Assembly: GCA_951406725.2 (NCBI GenBank)
Contig: OX597814.1
Location: 187,302,001 to 187,366,000 of the forward strand
DNA length: 64,000 nucleotides
Source of the DNA: Octopus vulgaris
Taxonomy: Eukaryota
Reading direction: 5' to 3'
Part shown: piece by piece, positions 55,013 to 64,000 of the stretch
Layout: the number at the start of each line of letters is the position of its first letter
How positions within the stretch are numbered: position 1 is the stretch's first letter
The notes under the pieces: generated by a model
Database searches by the model: none
Told to the model about the DNA's origin: nothing
What the model saw: only the letters and a program-made list of their open reading frames with translations
Position numbers and translations under genes: made by a program

Positions 55013-55969
55013 AGACTGTTATTACCAGAATTCTCAGTAGTTATTTGCTAGCTAGATTAGTAATTATATTATGTATTTCTATTTGCTTTTAAACTGTTCA
55101 AAAACTAGAAACATTTCCCAAACAATATTCTGAAGTTTAAAACCAGTGACAATAATTCTCTGGTTACTAATTAAGTACAAAATTACAAGCCTCCTACCAG
55201 ACTAACTTGCAATGATAAAATTAAATTCTAAGAACTGTCTCATTTATTCCACATAAGAAACCTCAAAATAAGTTCCTTTATCCTTTTTATAAACAACATA
55301 TTTTATTACGCCTCCACAAAGTTTTATTTAATAGTTATAGGAAAGAACATTGATGATGTCAGCTAAAGGAGACTGTTAAACCTTTACGGGGATAACCTCT
55401 ATGGCGCTGCAGACTGATACAATGCACTCAGTGCATTGGAGACCCTCTAGTGCTAGTTGTTACAATAAAAACGCACCCAGCTGTCTTTCTGTCTGTTTTA
55501 TCGCACCATGATAGGATGGGCATCCAGTATTTAAAAAAAAACTATACCAAAGAAAAAGAGAGAGAAGGAATGAATAGAAGATATGAACTTTACGAAGTTC
55601 CACGTGCATTAAACCCAACTAAGGGAACAGTAATTTTGAATAAAAACACAGAGAGGTCTCTAGCACGACTGTCTTGATATCCATTCTAATGTCAGTGGCA
55701 CGATAAAATGCATTGATAGGAAGGGCATCCAGCAGTAAATAAACAACATTACACAACAAAGACAGCTGGATGACAATTGATCGTGTTCTAATCCTAAGAC
55801 CAGCATGTAAAAACGGATGTAAAATAGTGGTGGTGACAATCATAAGTTGGATTTGTTGGTTGTATTTAAATAAAATATGTAAAGAGTATAAGAAAAAAAA
55901 GTTAATTTAAAAAAAAATATGAGTAAGAACAATCTCTAATGATTTACAATACCGGTTTTTAATGCTCAC

Positions 55970-56020
55970 CAAAAGACACCACGTCAATAATACTCACCTG
56001 AAAGAAGAAGAAAAAAAAAT
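55970..56020 (-). promoter_or_regulatory. Candidate recursive splice site (acceptor immediately followed by donor) with a cryptic 28-nt RS-exon
   Basis: Minus strand: tttttttttcttcttctttcag|gtgagtattattgacgtggtgtcttttg|gtgagc. Junction at 55998/55997; about 80 nt upstream contains no AG; second donor at 55970/55969. Confidence 0.6.
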
Positions 56021-57289
56021 ATTGATAAATACATTGAAACGAATAAATAATTTCATCAGTTTTTAAAATATTTAAGAAATACTTTTCAAAGTCAAACATG
56101 TTAGAATAATTTTTTTTAAATATTTCACCAAGTCCCTTGGTTAATTCTGGAGAAAAGTTGAAGATTTACGAAAATTAAAGGAAATTAAACAAATCTTTAA
56201 AAAAAATGTGTGCCTAAAATAAATAAATAAATAGATAGATAAATAAAAGCTGACATTTTAAAGTATGTCTGAATACAATGTTACAAATATATCATTACTG
56301 AAGTAGAGCATTCACAGAATAAATGCAAGTACTTCTACACATACGAGTATATAGTTTATACCCATCCACCCACACAAAGCCTTGTAATAGGTTAATTTCG
56401 ATTTTAAATCTCAGGTTAATCCACTCTTAAAACAGTTTACTTCAGTATCTTCGAAACGAAAAATAACCAAACACGATAACCTTTCTTCACCAGCCTTAAT
56501 TATATATTATATATATATGTTTCTGTACTCCTCAGACTTGTTTATTTATAACAAGATAGCCACATGAAGGAGGAAAATAAAGTCGCAATCTCAGTCAAAT
56601 CAACCCATGCTTGTTCCATAACATACTCAATCAGACCTCCATGCAAAAACAATTATGCTCTTCCACGCTACAAACTGGAGTAGTCAAAGACAATTAATAA
56701 ATTGGTTTGTTTCCTCCGCTTCAAATGACGAGAAGTTACAAAGCTAATCTGTAAAGAAACAATGGAAGCAAAAAAATGCCTAATCTAAACTCGAAGTACA
56801 ATTTCTGTCACGGATCTTTCACTTTCTATCTTCTAACACTCGACTATTTTTCCAACTCAAAACAGTCGAACAAAATCTCTAAACACCTATAATACTTTTT
56901 TAATTAATTAATAATTTACACATGTATTTGCTGCAACTAGCAGATAAAACATCGTCTACCTCTGTGTTCATAGTTACCATGAATACAGTGAGTATGACAA
57001 CATAATTCAACTTCAATGCTGTTATTTCTCTGTTAGTTGATCTGTATCTCGTCAGCTTTGTTGTCACTTCAGTGAAATAGCAGTTCAATAATAGATTGCA
57101 TAGGAAAAGTAAATAAAAAAAAATCTCTAACACAGTAACCTGACTATTCTCTGTCTCTCTATCACTGTTAAAGATGTGAATTGTCTCAAGCAGTAATAAT
57201 GTGAAATATATATTGAATTACGATGCCAACATTGACTCAGCTATATGGTCGTTCTGTACACACCAAAGATATTGAAATTAGATGGGGGT

Positions 57290-57810
57290 GACAAGACACA
57301 CAAGTAGTACAGAGTTAGTTAGTAAGGCAGACACCAGTAGAGTTAGGAGACAGATACATACCAGAAATATAACAGTTAAACGGTAGACAGACATACGCAT
57401 GTGATGTAGAATTAATCTAAGCCTAAGAGATACATACATCAATGATACAGTTAGATGGCAAACAGAGACATACACTAGGTGTGTATTAGACATTCCAGTG
57501 GTACGCAACTAGGTAATACTCAGACACACACCAGTACCCAGTGTTTTGAAATTAAAAAAAAGCACTCAAACATACAACAGCAGTGTGTACCGCGAGATAG
57601 TACCCAGACACACAAAGGTAATGTACTGCTAGTTAGTACTCAGATAGACACTAATAGTCAACAAGACTGTTGTTGGTACTCAGTTACTTAGCAGTGAGTA
57701 CACAGTTGATACTCAGATATACAGTAGTCGAAGTACAGCCAAGTGATGATACTCGATGATACAGCAGTGGTAGACAGCTACCGTGACATACATAACACTA
57801 GTATATGTAC
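57290..57810. repeat. Degenerate minisatellite (TACTCAGACACACACCAGTAG-like units)
   Basis: Recurrent (TAC)(T/C)CAGA(C/T)ACA and ACAGTTAG motifs at irregular spacing of about 30 bp. Confidence 0.55.
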
Positions 57811-58488
57811 CGAGGGAATCTCTGTGGTCACTAAATCTGCTAGAAATAACAGTTACATTTCCCTCCCATTCCCATGTCATAAAAAAAAAGTTTGAATTGG
57901 ATTAAGATACCCTTAAAAGACGAGACGGTCACGGTTAGAATGCCACTGCTTATATAGATCTGCTGGATTACAGTTTTGCATCTCAACAACAGAGAGATTA
58001 CACTCACGGTGAAACAGCTACATGGAATCCAAGCATTTATTTACCGTGTACAACTAGATGGTACCCGACTACGTTCAGTGTACTGCGATAAGTCGAAAAT
58101 CAGCAGTGATAGAGCGATAAACTTAAAATGTTGAGGAAATGACCTGGTTGTCTCACCGCTTTCACCATTCTAGTCTTTCTCTGTTTAGGAAATATCTTAC
58201 ATACTTGTCTCCCTTGAGAGATTACGAAAAATCATCCTTTGTATTTTTTTTTTTTTTCCTACCGACATTTCCACAACCGCCTCACCTGACTCAAATATTT
58301 AGGGAGGAGGGAGTGTCTGTGCATTCGATCGACCAGCTAGATACAGCAGACAAATTTCTCTCGAATAACATTTCACAGTTTAAGAAAAAGGGGGATGTAT
58401 GAATATATATATATATATATGTTTGTTCTTTTACGTGTTTCAGTATAATAAAGGTTGTGGCCACGCTGATACACACATATATATACAC

Positions 58489-58818
58489 AGGCGTGGCTGT
58501 GTAGGAAGAAGTTTTCTTCTCAACGACATAGTTCCGGGTTCAGTCTCATTGCGTGGTACCTTGAACAGGAATCTACTATCCCCTCGGGCCGACCAAAACC
58601 TTTGTGGGTAGATTTAGAAGACGGGAACTGAAAGAAACCCGTCGCGTATGTATATGTGTGAGTGCTTGTTTGTCCCCCACCGACCCACTGCTTGACAACC
58701 GGTATTGGTTTGTTTACGGCAAAAGAATAAGAATTTTTTAAAGAGAAAAGTATTTGGTTCGACTAAACTTTTCTGTGCTCCAGCATGGCCGCATCCAATG
58801 AGTGGAACAAATAAAAGA
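58489..58818 (+). mobile_element. Diverged tRNA-derived SINE copy
   Basis: GGCGTGGCTGTGTAGGAAG..GGTTCAGTC..CCAGCATGGCCGCA..AACAAATAAAAGA. Confidence 0.78.
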
Positions 58819-58979
58819 CTCATATATAACTAGACAGTTTGATAAGACCCGACAATGGCTGAAATTAAACTACATTTGGGTATTTACTTATACAGCCCAT
58901 ATCTAATTTTTTAAAGATAATTAGAAGTGCCTTTGAAAATCAAAATATGTTAACACATTAAACTGATTAGCTTTTTTAT

Positions 58980-59275
58980 TTTTTACTTGGTTCAATTATG
59001 CAGGGGTACTACCTCGAAAAGTTTAGTTGTACAAATCAATCCTAGTATTAATTTCTTAAGGCCGGTATATTTTACTGAACTGCTAAGTTACGTGGATGTA
59101 AACAAACCAACATCGATTGCCAACCGTTAGTGGGGGGTGTCAAACACAACAGTTTTTGTTTAGCAAATCCACTCACAAGGCTTTGGTCAGCCTGGAGCTA
59201 TAGTAGAAGACAACTGATCAGGGTGCTGTACAGTGGGATTGAACCCTGGTTGTGAAGTAAGCTTCATAACCACAT
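58980..59275 (-). mobile_element. Diverged tRNA-derived SINE copy, inverted relative to 58489-58818
   Basis: Reverse complement of the family body: AAATCCACTCACAAGGCTTTGGTCAGCCTGGAGCTATAGTAGAAGACA. Confidence 0.72.
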
Positions 59276-59422
59276 AATATGTTTAATCAAGAATTTATGA
59301 ATAAAGTATTTCTTTGCGTGATTTTTAATAATGAAAGACAATCTGTAAGTTTCAATAAGCTCAAATGTTTTCTCTTAAGCAAAATCTTGGAATAGTGAAA
59401 CAGGTTTATATTAACTGATATC

Positions 59423-59635
59423 AGTTTCAAATTTCAGCACATGGCCAGCAATTTCGGGGGACAGGCTAAGTCAATTACATCAACCCCAGTGCTCAACTGG
59501 TTATTACTCTATCGACCCCAAAAGAATGAAAGGTAACGTTGACCTTTGGAGGAATTGGAACTCAGAACGTAAGGAAGGGCAGATGAAATGCTGCTAAGCA
59601 TTTTGTCCAGCATGCCAACAATTCTGCCATCTCAT
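59423..59635 (-). mobile_element. Copy of the GCCTTTCATCC-core SINE
   Basis: Reverse complement of the 33934-34130 family. Confidence 0.75.
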
Positions 59636-60020
59636 CATTTTATGTAGTGTGACTGACATTTAAAAAGAATTAAATTCAAAATTAAAAAAAAAAAAAAAAT
59701 TTTTGTTGTTCCTCTTTAACTAAAATATAGCTATAAAAAAAATTGTCAGATTTGGGTAGGCAAAGCAGTGTCGCACCCTTCTGTTTGCATATAATGAATC
59801 AACAAGCTAGGAGTGGAACAAAGGTTAAAAACTGGCTCTGTCACAACATGAGTCAAATATCAGGTGTCTATAAGAATGTTTTTTTCATTTTCTGTTTTGT
59901 TTAGCAGCAAAACTGCAACTACAAAAAAAAAATAATAAAAAACAGATGGAATTTATAAAGTATAAAGTGCCCCTTACCCCACAAAATATTAACCTTGATT
60001 TTATAGATTCGATTTTAGCA

Positions 60021-60220
60021 GCAAGCTAGCAGAAAAGTTGGCACAATGGACAAATTGCTTAGTTGTATTTCATTCATCTTTACATTGAGTTCAACTTTGC
60101 CTTTCATCCTTTCGGAGATTGATGAAGTAAGTACCAGTTGAACATTGGAGTCAATGTAATTGACTAAGTCCCCTCCCATAAGATTTCAGGTAGCCTTGTT
60201 GTGTCTATAGTAGAAAGGAT
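60021..60220 (+). mobile_element. Copy of the GCCTTTCATCC-core SINE
   Basis: GCTAGCAGAA..GAGTTCAACTTTGCCTTTCATCCTTTCGG..AAGTACCAGTTGA. Confidence 0.75.
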
Positions 60221-60992
60221 TTGATGTGCTGTTTCAGACAGAATTTTTAGTTAGACAAAAAGACAAAACAACTTAATTGACACAAAATGGTATTCCAACA
60301 AGTCATGGACATGAATATATAACTAAGAAAATTTTAAATAAAAGAATAAAAGAACAAAGCAAGAGTCCTCCATGTTAGTCCTTGACTAACCAGCATTCTT
60401 AATCTGATAATAGAAAAATATCTCAAGCAGCAAATGGATATTTAATCATAGATCCAGTGGGGAAAAATAGTTTTAAACTACTTAATGTGTCAAAAAGTAT
60501 CTCTTATAAGTGTAAACAGTACCTCACATATATAAAGAAATTTAATATCAATTTGTTCATTTAACATGCTTATTTAAAGTTCAAGTGCTCTATTAAAAAA
60601 TACAATGAAAGAAATTAATGAATTTTTAACAACTTATCAATTAATTTTGCCTTTTGTTTTGTTTTACGTTTCCTTTGAAATATTTGTTAATGAGATTAAA
60701 ACCAAATCATTTAAAAGTTCAAAGAATAAAAAAATATGTTATATGTTTTGAACAATAAATTTAAACTGTGAAACATAATATTATCAAAACAGTTCAAATT
60801 TACAAGAATTTGTATTTCTGTATACAACAAAACATTGTTTTTGGCTTGTTTTATTTATTTATTTTATAGCTATTTGATCCTTGGCAGTGCAGTGAACCAT
60901 TTACAAGATGCAAGGCCATGTCTGATTTCTACAAAATTATGAAAGTGCTTTACAGAAGTAGAACTGGTGGAATTTATAACATTAATATAGAC

Positions 60993-61500
60993 CAGGAGTC
61001 AGCGAAATTGGGGTATATTACCCCAAGTGAGGTAAAAATTAAATTCTTGAGGGTAATGAGGGCTCATTAGACATAAGTAAAATTACGTTACAACAGAAAG
61101 TTTTCTTCTGGTATTGCTACCCTTGCAAACAAGGATTTTCTACACTAACGAACATAAAAAAAAAAGCAGAGTAATTGATTGTACCCCAAAGACTGTATCC
61201 AAATTGCTCTGGCATCAAAATGTCCCAATTTTGATATAATTGTAACCAAAATGAAAAGAACACCTGAAGTGGAAAAGTTTGTAGAAAAATCCTATTGTTT
61301 CATAATGAGGATATTAATTTATTTTTATCACATTTGTTTTATACTCTATATATTTATGATTGTATTCTCAATATATATAGATTCAATAAACCTTTCGAAT
61401 TCTAAGAATCTCTTATTTTCTTCCTTTTAAATCAAGGAGGTAATATCAGTGTAAATAAATATATTTTGTGGTAATTGGTTAAAAAGTTCCCCAATCCCTG
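60993..61500. mobile_element. Non-autonomous hAT element, 508 bp
   Basis: Perfect 8-bp TSD ATATAGAC (60985-60992, 61501-61508); termini CAGG.../...CCTG. Confidence 0.75.
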
Positions 61501-62895
61501 ATATAGACTGTAAGTGTACATATATTTTTTTTACTTCTTAGTTATTAGACTGTAGCAATGAGGGGGCAATTCCATGAGAGAAAAAAAAGAAGCTTGTCCA
61601 AAATGCCATGCAATGGGACCAAACTCAGGCCTTTTATATTATATGATTAATTCAGTTTTTACCAAATAATTTATCTAACTTGTTAATGTTTTTCATGACA
61701 AAGTCTGCTTTAAACCACCACAGAAGTATTAGCCATAATCATAATGAAATTGAAAACAAGTCAAGTGTTCTCAATCTTAATCCTTAATGAAGTTTTCTCA
61801 TAAAGCATGCTTAACTCGCAGCACCTTTTACCAGGAAGTTTTCACTGGATTCCAATTACCCCTTAATTATTATTACTACTACTTAGTCCCTCACCTCTCA
61901 AAAACAAGTTCTTAAAATGTGATTCAGAGAATTTATTAACACACATACTATATCTTTCAATTTATGCAAATGTGGTTATGTTTATGTATATACACAAACA
62001 TATATAGACATGGGTGGGTGTTTGTGTGTATATGTGTGTGTGTGTCTGTAAGATTATAGAGCAAGCATAAATGAATAGGCATATACAGATAAATAGATAG
62101 GAAACAGGCTAACAGAATTTGTGAGGTAAAATATTTTGATGGTAGATAAACTAATATGTCTATCACCAGCCATTATCACTACATTTTATTTTCTTAGCTT
62201 AAACTTTAAGCATTCAATACAGCTATTTCAGTTTCTCATAACTCTATTTAATAGCAATGTTGGCTACAAGCCTAATCATAAGCATCTGAAATAATTTTAA
62301 AATTCAACAGAAAAATATATTTTCTCATGATAAATCTTTTTTTTTTTTTACCTTTTCAAATAACACATATGCTGTTTTTAGACTATAATAATTAATTAAT
62401 AAGAAAGTTTTATTGAATGCTTGAAGATTCAATGGATAAAATAAGTAAACCAACAATAATAACTGATTTCAAATTTTGGCACCAGGCCAGTAATTTGAGG
62501 GGAGGGGCAAGTCGGTTTTATTAATGCCAGTGCTCAACTGGTACTTATTTTGTCGATCCCGAAAAGATGAAAAGCAAAGATGACCTTGGCGGAATTTAAA
62601 CTCAGAATGTAAAGAGAAAGCAATAATAATAATAATAATTATCATTATTATTATTAGTTAATATAAATACATGACCACAATATAAATATATATAAATATA
62701 TATAAATACATGACCACAAAGGAAGTGTATAATCAATCAAGCACACCACAGAAGTTGACTGGTAAATTATTTTAATGATGCTGGAGAGATGAAAGGCGAA
62801 GTTAACTTTGGTAGGATTTGAACAAAGAACATCGACTAAATATAACAAGGTATTTTGTTCAAAGCCCAACTGATTCTGCTACTTATGCCCTTTAT

Positions 62896-63069
62896 CCCTT
62901 TGGCATTCAAACTGGCCATATCCAGCCTCTCACACCTACCTTGTAATATCATTCTAAAAATAAATAATTACATCATTGAAATCTCAAAGCTACAAGACAA
63001 TACATGATTAACTCAAAACAATGTGAATAAATAAGCATTACATTTGACAGTATTCTGAATGCTAAAGGG
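62896..63069. mobile_element. piggyBac-like MITE
   Basis: TIRs CCCTTTGGCATTCA / TGAATGCTAAAGGG; flanks are only TTAA-like. Confidence 0.55.
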
Positions 63070-63529
63070 CTTATGCCTATTTTAGCACAGTTCAGAATGT
63101 AAAGTTACATGACTTTATACTGTAATGCATTTTAAGTACAATTTCTACTGCTTCTGACACTACTATTTGGGGTAAAGATAATTATTTCAAATTTTAGCAC
63201 AAGGCCAGCAATTTTAAGGGGAAAGCTAAGTCAATTATATCAACCCCAGTGCTCCATTGGTACTTATTTTATTGACCCCAAAAGGATGAAAGGCAAAGCC
63301 AAACTCAGTGAAATTTGAATCCACTCGTGGTAAAAAAAGAAAATAATTTCCTAGATGCATAAAAATAAAATCTGTGTAGATTTGGGAATAAATATAGCCA
63401 TTTCAAAAAATCCTGTTTACTATTATGTGGATGCAATTCCAGCCTTCATTAAACATAAAGAAAACCTCCCATGGTGACCCCATTAAACATAATATCATAA
63501 CATAAAAACTCTTCAAAACAATCAATTTA

Positions 63530-63812
63530 GGCACAGTAGTAAGGTTGTGTGGTAAGGAGTTTACTTCCCAACCACATGGTTCTGGGTTCAGTCCCATGCT
63601 TAGCATCTTCAGTAAGTGTCTAAGTGTTTACCATAGTCACAGGCCTTGTGAGTGTATCTGGTGGACAGAAACTGAAAAAGGACAGTCATGTGTCTGCTGG
63701 TTTGTTTACATCTCCATAACTTAGTGTTTCCATCAGGCTTAGAAAATGTAAATAAGTACTGGGTCGGTTTGTTAGACTAAAATGATTCAAGGTAGTGCCC
63801 TTGCATAGCCAA
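63530..63812 (+). mobile_element. Diverged tRNA-derived SINE copy
   Basis: TGTGTGGTAAG..CAACCACATGGTTCTGGGTTCAGTCCCA..GCCTTGTGAGTG. Confidence 0.75.
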
Positions 63813-64000
63813 AACCACATCATAAAAACCAAAATTTTACCATATTGGGAACCCTGCTCACATATATGGGTCAACGTAGCTGCTATAAACACACAGGTGA
63901 CCTAGACAACATCCAAAAGATCATTTAAACTGATTGGCAATGATTCAGTTACCAATACTCTTTAATCACTTTGTTCGGATCCCTCCCCCTGTGCTCTCTA

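Larger units (their letters stand above)
55300..58850. promoter_or_regulatory. Local CpG-enriched island (putative unmethylated enhancer or alternative promoter)
   Basis: By eye, CG dinucleotides are several-fold denser here, including in unique sequence, than in the CpG-poor introns elsewhere. Boundaries are approximate. Confidence 0.45.

Overview
AT-rich, repeat-dense eukaryotic DNA. Its SINE and RTE-LINE families look like those of octopus (coleoid cephalopod); this is recognised from repeat motifs, not from a database search. The window appears to lie inside one large minus-strand gene, a ZMIZ1/ZMIZ2 (Zimp10/tonalli) orthologue. Two coding exons are visible (21122-21257 and 5370-5636), splicing in phase across a 15.5 kb intron. 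The preceding N-terminal exons were not found, which implies an upstream intron of more than 42 kb. The introns hold tRNA-derived SINEs, RTE, Tx1/L1-like and CR1/Jockey-like LINE relics, two mariner relics, hAT, pogo/Tigger and piggyBac-like MITEs, and microsatellites. Almost all ORFs in the supplied track are spurious or transposon-derived. Main signals: (1) a recursive-splicing-like AG|GTGAGT site at 55998/55997 with a downstream 28-nt stop-containing cryptic exon, inside a local CpG-rich island; (2) a 151-bp-arm inverted repeat at 3209-3683 with a near-perfect inner stem covering a consensus splice donor; (3) a PHD-type finger inside an RTE reverse transcriptase; (4) closely spaced inverted TE pairs that could form dsRNA for ADAR editing.
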